Shown: positions 53,537-61,450 of the stretch, in pieces | Layout of the letters: each line of letters begins with the position of its first letter | How positions within the stretch are numbered: the stretch's first letter is position 1 | IMG/VR virus record: IMGVR_UViG_3300032307_000369 | Location: 1 to 64,000 of that record | Strand: one strand, 5' to 3' | DNA: 64,000 bases | The notes under the pieces: model-generated | Told to the model about the DNA's origin: nothing | The model's input: the letters and a program-made list of their open reading frames with translations, nothing else | Database searches by the model: none | Translations under genes and position numbers: made by a program

Positions 53537-53653
53537 ATAAAATACTATGAAGACAACAGCATATCAATTTGCATCCAATAAGAAGATTCCTTCTTCCGTT
53601 GTCTACTTGTCTTTAATCCCACGAATACGATTACAACACTCTTAAAAAGTTAA

Positions 53654-53754
53654 GGGAGTGTTGCTAATATTGGCCTAAGGGCAGAGCTTATACCTCTGTA
53701 AGCACCGTCTAGATAAGGCGGCGAATGTGGGTTCGATTCCCGCCACTCCTACCA
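53654..53754 (+). tRNA. tRNA with TAT anticodon (nominally Ile) and a 28-nt variable region
   Basis: GGGAGTG/CACTCCT, A73, CCA; anticodon arm CAGAG-ctTATac-CTCTG; V-arm CCGTCT-agata-AGGCGG; T arm GTGGG-TTCGATT-CCCGC. Confidence 0.8.
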
Positions 53755-53760
53755 AACATT

Positions 53761-53845
53761 GCCTGCATGGTGAAATAGGTAAACACAGCAGACTTAAAAT
53801 CTGCCGGAGAAATCCTTCCCAGTTCGATTCTGGGTGCAGGCACCA
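53761..53845 (+). tRNA. tRNA-Leu(TAA)
   Basis: GCCTGCA/TGCAGGC, anticodon arm GCAGA-ctTAAaa-TCTGC, CCA. Confidence 0.94.
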
Positions 53846-53852
53846 AATACAG

Positions 53853-53881
53853 TTGACAAAGATAACAAAAACATATATAAT
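53853..53881 (+). promoter_or_regulatory. Consensus sigma70 promoter
   Basis: TTGACA-N17-TATAAT. Confidence 0.8.
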
Positions 53882-53904
53882 AAGGAACACTTTAAAAGGA
53901 AAAT

Positions 53905-53988
53905 GCGACTGTGGTGGAATGGTATACACAGCAGACTTAAAATCTGCCGCCGCAAGGATTGAGGGTTCGAGTCTCTCCAGTCGTACCA
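53905..53988 (+). tRNA. tRNA-Leu(TAA), second copy
   Basis: GCGACTG/CAGTCGT, same anticodon arm as 53761-53845, CCA. Confidence 0.94.
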
Positions 53989-53994
53989 AACATT

Positions 53995-54825
53995 ATGAGA
54001 AATCACTATTGGTCATGCAGTAAATTTGCCGACTGGCTTAGGGGCACTGCTAAACTAAAAATGGGCACTGCCGAGCAATGGGACGAGTGGACTACCACTG
54101 CCCAAATGAAACACAACTTCCGTTATTGGTTGGCAGAAGAAGGTTTGGATTATTTGCAAAAGATTGTTTATTGGCCTACAGATACTCTTTATGATTTTAA
54201 GTACTATATTAATAACCGTTGGGTTACTCGCACTCATAGTCTTACCGCTCACCCTCGTGACATCAAGCCCGGTAGCTGGTGCGACGTGGGCAACCGGTTC
54301 CTCCCTTGCTTATTCAACGAACTTGTTGACTATGTCGAAATTGAACTAGCTTGGTGGCATGTCGCTTGGGATGAAGAAGCACGTAAAAAATTTAAGAGCC
54401 CTTGGTATGCTACAGGTTGGTTCCGCTGGCGTACATGGCGTAATCCAGAATGCGGAATTGCCAATTTAGAGTGGCAACGTAAACTTATTCACGATGACGA
54501 ATACTGTAAAGACGAAAAGTATTACATGAAGCCAACTCCCCAAGCTGTCAAAGCACAGGAGATTTTGGATCTTTATATTTGGTGGACACAAATTTATCGC
54601 AATCGCCCAGACCCGTATGAAGCTAGTGGTTGGACAGCGGCTTGCGAAGCGCAACGTGAGGCTAACGGTGGTAAGTTAAGTTGGAATACTCCAAAAGATC
54701 CTGCACTTAAAAAGCAAAGCGACAAAGCACACAAGCTACTTCAAAAGATTGAAGCAGACTATGAGAAAGAAGACGAACAAATGATGATTCGTTTAATCAA
54801 AGTTCGACATGGCTTGTGGACATAA
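53995..54825 (+). CDS. Trp-rich hypothetical phage protein
   Basis: Start reset to ATG 53995 (MRNHYWSC...). Confidence 0.7.
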   Translation: MRNHYWSCSKFADWLRGTAKLKMGTAEQWDEWTTTAQMKHNFRYWLAEEGLDYLQKIVYWPTDTLYDFKYYINNRWVTRTHSLTAHPRDIKPGSWCDVGNRFLPCLFNELVDYVEIELAWWHVAWDEEARKKFKSPWYATGWFRWRTWRNPECGIANLEWQRKLIHDDEYCKDEKYYMKPTPQAVKAQEILDLYIWWTQIYRNRPDPYEASGWTAACEAQREANGGKLSWNTPKDPALKKQSDKAHKLLQKIEADYEKEDEQMMIRLIKVRHGLWT

Positions 54826-54859
54826 TTGTATAAACTTCATTTAAACTAGGAGAACTAAA

Positions 54860-55039
54860 ATGGCAGGTGTAGCGAAAAGTAATTATCTCACAGTAACCGA
54901 AGTGATAGACGGAAAACATGTTACAGTTTTTAACAAGATGTTTTTTAACGCTGGGGATATGAACAAGTACATTAAAGAAGAAAAGTTTTTAGAAAAATAT
55001 CCAAAACCACAATACACCATTTATAAGGAATGCTATTAA
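54860..55039 (+). CDS. 59-aa hypothetical protein (MAGVAKSNYLTV...)
   Basis: SD AGGAG; translated by hand. Confidence 0.65.
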   Translation: MAGVAKSNYLTVTEVIDGKHVTVFNKMFFNAGDMNKYIKEEKFLEKYPKPQYTIYKECY

Positions 55040-55242
55040 TGAGTGATCCGTTAGACGAAGCAGAAAGATTTACCAATTTATTCCTCCAAGAAGGTCTTGC
55101 CCGTAGAGCGCCAGTTCCTGAAAAAACTGGAGTATGTCTAGTAGTAGATTGTGGCGAACCTACTGAAGGATCATTTTGTTCAAAAGAATGTCGTGAAGAT
55201 TACGAAAAGATTGAACGTCTCCGTAAGATTCGTGGTAATTGA
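55039..55242 (+). CDS. TraR/DksA-like C4 zinc-finger protein
   Basis: MSDPLDEA, C..DCGE....FCSKECR. Confidence 0.6.
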   Translation: MSDPLDEAERFTNLFLQEGLARRAPVPEKTGVCLVVDCGEPTEGSFCSKECREDYEKIERLRKIRGN

Positions 55243-55287
55243 ATATCAAGTTTGAACAAACTCCCCTAAATAATTTGTAACAAAGCA

Positions 55288-55316
55288 TAGACATTAGTGT
55301 TTGTCCTTGTTATAAT
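55288..55316 (+). promoter_or_regulatory. sigma70 promoter
   Basis: TAGACA-N17-TATAAT with extended TG. Confidence 0.65.
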
Positions 55317-55358
55317 TAAAGCTAACGCACTTAAACAAAGACACACTTAAGGATTTAC

Positions 55359-56447
55359 ATGTCTTATTTTCTCAAATCTGGTAATACATTCCGCGTCAGT
55401 TCTAAAGAAGCCATGGACTTGCATGACAAGTTGCCAGCAGGTAACTATGTGGTTAAAGAGATGCCCATGGATGGCCCACTTTACCTAGAGCATATTGACT
55501 CTTTTGAAGTCAAAGGCAAACGTTACGGTGACTTGGACAAGAATACTGATCGTATTCTTAATACCTTTATGAGCCGTACAGCATCTACAGGTGTTATGCT
55601 TGCAGGTGAAAAAGGTTCTGGCAAGTCATTGCTGGCTAAGAATTTGGCCATTGTTGCGGCTCGTGACATGAACATTCCATGCATTGTTATCAATGCTCCT
55701 TGGGTTGGTGATAAGTTTAACAGTTTCATTCAAAGCATTGAACAACCATGCATGGTCTTGTTTGATGAGTTTGAAAAAGTTTACGATAGCGATGACCAAG
55801 AAAAGGCATTGACCTTGCTGGATGGTGTATTCCCTAGCAAGAAGCTGTTTGTCCTAACTTGTAACGACAAGTGGCGTATTGACCAGCACATGCGTAACCG
55901 TCCAGGTCGCCTGTACTACATGTTGGACTACAAAGGTCTTGATGCGGCATTTATTACTGAGTACTGCATGGATAACTTGAAGCCAGCACTGCAAAAGCAC
56001 ACTGAAAAGTTGTGCCAAATTGCCAGCTTGTTTAGCCAGTTTAACTTTGACATGTTGAAAGCAACAGTTGAAGAAATGAACCGTTACGATGAAGAACCAC
56101 AAGATGCTCTGCGTATGCTGAACGTCAAGCCAGAGTTTGATTCAGGCAACAAGTTCACAGTCAAGCTACAACTTAACGGTGATGAGCTGAAAGACACTGA
56201 TTTGGAAAGCCAAGAGTGGAGTGGTAACCCATTGCAAAGCCAAGTTCGAATCCACTACAAGAATTTTGCTGAACAGCAAGATGACGAAGGAGATTTGGAC
56301 TGGGATTGGGAACGTTTGCATTTTGAAGCTATTGACTTGAAGAAGATTGATAGCCAAACTGGTAAGTTCGTATTTGTTAAGGATGGCGCTGTGCTTACCC
56401 TTAACAAGGTTAAAGAAAAATCTTATAACTACTACGATGCTTTTTGA
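55359..56447 (+). CDS. AAA+ ATPase
   Basis: GEKGSGKS, LFDEFEK, LTLLDG, RPGR. Confidence 0.88.
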   Translation: MSYFLKSGNTFRVSSKEAMDLHDKLPAGNYVVKEMPMDGPLYLEHIDSFEVKGKRYGDLDKNTDRILNTFMSRTASTGVMLAGEKGSGKSLLAKNLAIVAARDMNIPCIVINAPWVGDKFNSFIQSIEQPCMVLFDEFEKVYDSDDQEKALTLLDGVFPSKKLFVLTCNDKWRIDQHMRNRPGRLYYMLDYKGLDAAFITEYCMDNLKPALQKHTEKLCQIASLFSQFNFDMLKATVEEMNRYDEEPQDALRMLNVKPEFDSGNKFTVKLQLNGDELKDTDLESQEWSGNPLQSQVRIHYKNFAEQQDDEGDLDWDWERLHFEAIDLKKIDSQTGKFVFVKDGAVLTLNKVKEKSYNYYDAF

Positions 56448-56452
56448 TAAAC

Positions 56453-56470
56453 TGTTGTAAACATACAACA
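56453..56470. promoter_or_regulatory. Putative operator TGTTGTA-N4-TACAACA
   Basis: Perfect 7-4-7 inverted repeat 18 nt upstream of the -35 at 56489. Confidence 0.55.
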
Positions 56471-56477
56471 TTTAAGG

Positions 56478-56517
56478 AACAGGACTAGTTGACAAAACCA
56501 GCTAGTCCTGTTATAAT
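56478..56517 (+). promoter_or_regulatory. sigma70 promoter with -35 inside an 11-bp perfect inverted repeat; predicted leaderless
   Basis: AACAGGACTAG-TTGACA...-CTAGTCCTGTT-ATAAT; ATG 7 nt after the -10. Confidence 0.75.
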
Positions 56518-56523
56518 TTACGC

Positions 56524-57072
56524 ATGACAAATACATATATTACATCAGATTTGCACTTTGGTCACAGAAACATTATGAATTTCTGTCCAGTTAGTCGCGC
56601 ACGATATAACGGTGACGTAGACTACATGAATGAACAAATGATAGTTGAATGGAACGCTATTGTTCAACCAGAAGACACTGTTTACATTTTGGGTGACGTT
56701 GCGTTCTTGCCCACAGCCAAAGCTGTGAGTATCATGCGCCGTTTGAACGGTACAAAGATTTTGATTGAAGGTAATCATGACCGTAAGGCATTGCATGATC
56801 CTGTATTCCGCAGTTGTTTTTCTGAAGTACACAAGTATCTTTGGATTGATTACAAGGGCACACAGGTAATCATGTTTCATTATCCTATTGCAGAATGGGA
56901 TCAAATGCACAGGGGCAGTGTACACTTTCATGGACACTTGCATGGCAATGTCAGCGGAATGGAAAAATATCGCTGCCGTGACATGGGCATGGATGCAACT
57001 GGTAACATTGTGACCAAAATGGAAGATGCTATCAAGGACGCTCTTACGGGCGAAATCAAAAGTCATCATTAA
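56524..57072 (+). CDS. Calcineurin-like phosphoesterase
   Basis: TSDLHFGH, LGD, GNHD, HYP, HGHLH. Confidence 0.92.
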   Translation: MTNTYITSDLHFGHRNIMNFCPVSRARYNGDVDYMNEQMIVEWNAIVQPEDTVYILGDVAFLPTAKAVSIMRRLNGTKILIEGNHDRKALHDPVFRSCFSEVHKYLWIDYKGTQVIMFHYPIAEWDQMHRGSVHFHGHLHGNVSGMEKYRCRDMGMDATGNIVTKMEDAIKDALTGEIKSHH

Positions 57073-57081
57073 GGAATCAGT

Positions 57082-57546
57082 ATGGCTAAGTGTTATCAAC
57101 TTGTTGGAGTTCCAGGCAGTGGAAAAAGCACATGGATCAAAAATCAAGATTGGGCAGTGGACTGTGTGGTAGTTTCCACAGACGAATTTGTTGAAGATTA
57201 TGCTCGCGAGTGTGGTTCAACTTATAATGAAGTGTTTGACGACTACATGCCCACTGCTGTTAATCTAATGGCTGACCAAGTTGTTCGTGCTCGTGAAGCA
57301 GGCAAAGATATTATTTGGGATCAAACTAGTACTACTCAAAAAAGTCGTGCTCGTAAATTCCGTATGTTGCCTGAGTACGATCATATTGCTGTAGTTTTTA
57401 CTACACCTGAACAAGACGAGTTGGCTAAAAGATTGGCTAGCCGTCCAGGAAAAAATATTCCTGCTCACGTTATGCGTAGTATGATTAACCATTTTGAAAT
57501 GCCTGATGAAGAAGAAGGATTTAAAGAAATTTGGAGAGTATCATGA
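57082..57546 (+). CDS. P-loop kinase, polynucleotide-kinase-like (AAA_33)
   Basis: GVPGSGKST, WDQT....R. Confidence 0.85.
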   Translation: MAKCYQLVGVPGSGKSTWIKNQDWAVDCVVVSTDEFVEDYARECGSTYNEVFDDYMPTAVNLMADQVVRAREAGKDIIWDQTSTTQKSRARKFRMLPEYDHIAVVFTTPEQDELAKRLASRPGKNIPAHVMRSMINHFEMPDEEEGFKEIWRVS

Positions 57547-57989
57547 AACAAGAGTTGGACGAACAACTATGTACCAAGTACCCTAAGATATTTGTAAACC
57601 GTCATGAAGACATGACTACTACTGCTATGTGTTGGGGCTTTGGTTGTGGCGATGGATGGTATCAAATACTTGACAGTCTTTGCAGTCAAATTCAACACCA
57701 CATTGATTGGAACAACAGTAACTTTGATAAAGGTTATACTCAATACAAACAAGTTCCGCAAGTGGTTGTTGATCAAGTCAAAGAAAAATTTGGTGGGTTA
57801 CGTTTTTATTACCAAGGTGGTGATGACTACATTCACGGACTAGTTAGCATGGCAGAATCTTGGGCAGTTAACACTTGTGAAGAGTGTGGATCGTCTGGAA
57901 AGATTCGACATGGCGGATGGATCAAAACTCTTTGTGATAAGCACGAAGAAGAGCGGCAACAACGATATAAAGAACGATTCGATGTTTAA
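57543..57989 (+). CDS. Hypothetical phage protein
   Basis: CG.GW, QVKEKFGGLRFY, CE.CG...C motifs. Confidence 0.75.
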   Translation: MKQELDEQLCTKYPKIFVNRHEDMTTTAMCWGFGCGDGWYQILDSLCSQIQHHIDWNNSNFDKGYTQYKQVPQVVVDQVKEKFGGLRFYYQGGDDYIHGLVSMAESWAVNTCEECGSSGKIRHGGWIKTLCDKHEEERQQRYKERFDV

Positions 57990-58863
57990 AGAAGACTTAA
58001 AGAAGTATGTAGAAACTTCTAACCTAGTTAACATGAAAGAGTGTGGTGACGGTATCTACGTGCTAAAGTACAAGAAGAAAGTGTTCTACGATAACTTGTG
58101 GAACGAATACATTGCTGAATGTCGTGGCTCTATTGTGGACAAGGATTTCAACTTGGTTGCTTATCCATTCACAAAGATCTACAACTATGGTATTGAAAAG
58201 GAAGCACCAGTGCTTGCTCCAGATACTAAGGTAACTGCTTTCCGCAAGGTTAACGGTTTTATGGTTGCTTGTACATTGCATAACGGCAAACTGTTAGTGA
58301 GTACTACTGGTAGCACAGACAGCGACTATGTAAACATGGCACGTGAACTGATTGACGAAGCAAAGTACTTAGACTTGTGCTCACGTTGGGCAGGTTATAC
58401 ATTTATGTTTGAGTGCGTTCATCGTAACGACCCACACATTGTTCCTGAAAAGGAAGGTATGTATGTCCTAGGCTATCGTGAAAATAAATGGCACACTCCT
58501 GTAGAACATGATCCGTTCATGTTAATGGAAATGAGTCGTGTGTTAGATTGTTTTGTGCCAGAAAGCATAATGACCAATATGGCACGTTTACAACAGTTGG
58601 CTAAGGAATGTAAGCATGAAGGTTATGTATTCTATACTGACGATGGTGTAAGTGCCAAAATCAAGAGCCCTTACTATTTGACTTCAAAGTGGGTTGCCCG
58701 AAATCCGCGCACAGACAAATTGGTGAACTTGCAAAATGACATCAAGCACAATCTTGACGAAGAATACTATCCACTCGTGGATGCTATCCGTGCTAACATT
58801 GTTGAATACACTGCTATGGACGAGCAAGCTCGACTAGCCTGGGTAAGGGAACAATTGGCATGA
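57982..58863 (+). CDS. RNA ligase, T4 Rnl1-like
   Basis: ECRG, PF.KIYNY, KVNG (motif I), FEC, EGYV, KIKSPYY; start reset to ATG 57982. Confidence 0.85.
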   Translation: MFKEDLKKYVETSNLVNMKECGDGIYVLKYKKKVFYDNLWNEYIAECRGSIVDKDFNLVAYPFTKIYNYGIEKEAPVLAPDTKVTAFRKVNGFMVACTLHNGKLLVSTTGSTDSDYVNMARELIDEAKYLDLCSRWAGYTFMFECVHRNDPHIVPEKEGMYVLGYRENKWHTPVEHDPFMLMEMSRVLDCFVPESIMTNMARLQQLAKECKHEGYVFYTDDGVSAKIKSPYYLTSKWVARNPRTDKLVNLQNDIKHNLDEEYYPLVDAIRANIVEYTAMDEQARLAWVREQLA

Positions 58864-59018
58864 GTAACTTGTGGTTTAATATTAGATTTGGAACGAGGCA
58901 TTTTCAATTTTCTAGAGATTGGGAAATAACATTTCGTGTTAATCCTTATTGGATTGAAAATCCTCCTTCCAAATGGTTTGAAATTTATTGCTTATTTGGA
59001 ATGGAGTTTGGACTATGA
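58860..59018 (+). CDS. 52-aa hypothetical protein (MSNLWFNIRFG...)
   Basis: ATGA-coupled at both ends; translated by hand. Confidence 0.6.
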   Translation: MSNLWFNIRFGTRHFQFSRDWEITFRVNPYWIENPPSKWFEIYCLFGMEFGL

Positions 59019-59194
59019 AAGATGAAAGTAATTTGCCCGTTGCGGAACAGAGCCTGGTGTTCCGTTTACGCAAGCGAGCAGAAATACGTAGGCAAATCAA
59101 AGATCGCAAAAGTGTTCAAGAAGGCGCTCCAGATCGAATTGCAGATCTGTTAGAAGAAGCGGCCAACGAAATCGAACGTCTCCAAAACCAATAA
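59015..59194 (+). CDS. Hypothetical phage protein
   Basis: RLRKRAEIRR...DRIADLLEEAA.EI; start reset to ATG 59015. Confidence 0.65.
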   Translation: MKDESNLPVAEQSLVFRLRKRAEIRRQIKDRKSVQEGAPDRIADLLEEAANEIERLQNQ

Positions 59195-59207
59195 AATACT
59201 GCATTTT

Positions 59208-59250
59208 GGTAAAATCAGATATTGACTTTATCTGGTTTTACCTGTATAAT
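59208..59250 (+). promoter_or_regulatory. sigma70 promoter with -35 as the loop of a 14-bp inverted repeat
   Basis: GGTAAAATCAGATA-TTGACTT-TATCTGGTTTTACC-TG-TATAAT. Confidence 0.75.
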
Positions 59251-59280
59251 TTACACATACACTAACAGAAAGGGCTAGTC

Positions 59281-61449
59281 ATGTTACTTAATCTTGCGCC
59301 AAACAACGAAGCTATTTTGAGCAATGTTGGACAAATTGGTGAATTCCGTATTCGCAACAGTGCTAAGGCATTTAGTATTTTGAGCTCTGGCTTGTATGCT
59401 AATAAGATCCGTGCTATCGTTCGTGAACTTTCATGTAACGCAGTGGACAGCCATGTGGCGGCAGGACGTAGCGATACTCCGTTTGATGTGCATCTTCCAA
59501 ACGCTTTGGAACCTTGGTTTGCTATTCGCGACTACGGAACAGGACTGAGCCATGAACAAGTTACTAATATCTATACTACCTATTTTGAATCTACTAAGAC
59601 CAATAGCAACGACTTTATTGGTGCGTTGGGTCTTGGTTCTAAGTCTCCTTTTTCTTACACTGATAACTTTACAGTAACCGCAATCAAAGACGGTCGTAAA
59701 GGTATCTACACTGCATTTATCAACGAAACTGGTGTGCCTAGTATTGCTAAGATGGGCGAAGAAGAAACTGACGAGCCAGCAGGTGTTGAGGTTAAGTTCT
59801 CAGTCAATGACCGTTGGGACTTTGACAAATTCCGTAGCGAAGCACGTACTGTATATCAGTATTTTAAATTGCAACCTGTGATCAGTGGCAATGCTGATTT
59901 TACTATTCCAGTGATTGAATATGACCGTAAGGATATTATTCCTGGTGTACACAGCTATAAAGACACACGACAAAGTAAAGCAATCATGGGTAACATTGCT
60001 TACCCAATTGACATTCCACAAGCAGAACGCAATGATAAAGATATCTTTGCCATGCTTAACTGTGGTTTGGAATTGCATTTTACTATTGGCGAATTGGATT
60101 TCCAGGCGTCACGTGAAGGCTTGAGCTACATTCCACAAACTGTCAACGCTATCAAGGCCAAACTGGAAGCTGTTAATTTGGCATTGGCTGAAGTATTGTC
60201 TGGTGAAGCAAGTGCTATTACTAATGATTGGGAAAAGACTTTCTTCCTTTTGAAGAAGAAAGAAAACAATCTTTGGACTGAAGCTGTTAAAAAGTATGTT
60301 GCAGATACGAACTTTGATTTGATTGATGCAGGTACTAGCAGTTACTACATCCGTGCTAAAAATTGGACTATGCCAGTTAAAGAATTGGCGGAACTCTATA
60401 ACATTGACATTATGGCATTTGACAAACAGTCTGGTAAAAAGGCTGTGAGCAACTTGAAAGCTGAAAATGTTCATGTGGCTAATGCTCCAGTTTATCAAGC
60501 ATGGACTATTATTTTGCGTGAAGGTGTTACCTTTATTAAAAATGATACCAAAGTTGGTGCAAGTGCTCGTGCTAAGTTTCATTGGAACAATGCTACATTT
60601 GATAAGACTACCCCGCATTATCAAACTGTGTATGTTTTGAACAAGGCAAACAAGGACAAGCCTGCTAAGTTTGATGAGTTCCTTAAGGCAGTTCGCAATC
60701 CGCCTAGCGTGATGTTTGCCAGTGAATTGATGGAAAAGGAACGTGCTCAAAGTAGTGCAGGTGGCCGTAACGTCACTATCATGCGTTTGGAAGAACGTGG
60801 TCGTGGTGGATACTATAGCCAGAAAGAAATGGTATGGCGTGACGCTGGCAAGGCTGATAGTTTTGATTCCACTAAAACTTACTACTACTTGCCACTTAGT
60901 GGATTCAATGTACAAAGTTCGTTTAGCACATATTCTTTTGACGTCAAAGAATTTCAAAAGGATCTTAGCCAATGTGGTATCAGTGGACTAACTGAAACTG
61001 ATATTTACGGTGTTCGTAAAAGTGATATCGAATGGATTAAGACTCAAAAAAATTGGGTTAACATTGAACAACATCTTAGCAATGTTTTGGCAAAAGTTGA
61101 TAAAAAACTTTTGATGAGTTTGGTGTTAAATGCTATTGACAGTTTCCATCTTATCAGTTACAATGAAAGCATAGTGACCGATGTGGTAACTAAAAATAGT
61201 CCATACTTGAAATTGGTAACACAATTTAAAGATTATGAAAAGATCCGTTACAGTGAAGTCAGTTTGAAGCGTTTGTGTGATCGTTACGCCAAAGGTGTAG
61301 CTTTTAACCCAACTGCTTTTGTGCAGAAGTTTGTTGATGAATGCTCTGTTATCAGCAAACGTTACCCGTTGTTGCAATACCTACGTAGTGCTCCTAACAA
61401 AGAAATCGCAGAGTATGTTAATTTAATCGACGCACAGAAAGGTGTTTAA
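59281..61449 (+). CDS. rIIA: rIIA-like protein (GHKL ATPase N-terminus)
   Basis: LSSGLY.NKIRA.VRELSCNA.D, RDYGTG, GALGLGSKSPF.YTD.F, L.F..SREGL; adjacent to rIIB. Confidence 0.85.
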   Translation: MLLNLAPNNEAILSNVGQIGEFRIRNSAKAFSILSSGLYANKIRAIVRELSCNAVDSHVAAGRSDTPFDVHLPNALEPWFAIRDYGTGLSHEQVTNIYTTYFESTKTNSNDFIGALGLGSKSPFSYTDNFTVTAIKDGRKGIYTAFINETGVPSIAKMGEEETDEPAGVEVKFSVNDRWDFDKFRSEARTVYQYFKLQPVISGNADFTIPVIEYDRKDIIPGVHSYKDTRQSKAIMGNIAYPIDIPQAERNDKDIFAMLNCGLELHFTIGELDFQASREGLSYIPQTVNAIKAKLEAVNLALAEVLSGEASAITNDWEKTFFLLKKKENNLWTEAVKKYVADTNFDLIDAGTSSYYIRAKNWTMPVKELAELYNIDIMAFDKQSGKKAVSNLKAENVHVANAPVYQAWTIILREGVTFIKNDTKVGASARAKFHWNNATFDKTTPHYQTVYVLNKANKDKPAKFDEFLKAVRNPPSVMFASELMEKERAQSSAGGRNVTIMRLEERGRGGYYSQKEMVWRDAGKADSFDSTKTYYYLPLSGFNVQSSFSTYSFDVKEFQKDLSQCGISGLTETDIYGVRKSDIEWIKTQKNWVNIEQHLSNVLAKVDKKLLMSLVLNAIDSFHLISYNESIVTDVVTKNSPYLKLVTQFKDYEKIRYSEVSLKRLCDRYAKGVAFNPTAFVQKFVDECSVISKRYPLLQYLRSAPNKEIAEYVNLIDAQKGV

Positions 61450-61450
61450 A

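Noticed and set aside
53548-53616. 22-aa ORF MKTTAYQFASNRRFLLPLSTCL upstream of the UAU and Leu tRNAs as a second attenuator leader
   Set aside because: It has tandem AGA codons and follows a late motif, but I found no terminator or antiterminator, no SD, and no AUA or UUA codons. Support is insufficient.
53675-54023. ORFs 53675-53989, 53727-54023 and 53794-54006, and the N-terminal extension of 53959
   Set aside because: They overlap three tRNA genes; the real CDS starts at ATG 53995.
56545-60972. Long minus-strand ORFs 56545-57147 (200 aa) and 60109-60972 (287 aa)
   Set aside because: Antisense shadows of the phosphoesterase and rIIA genes, with no motifs or SD.
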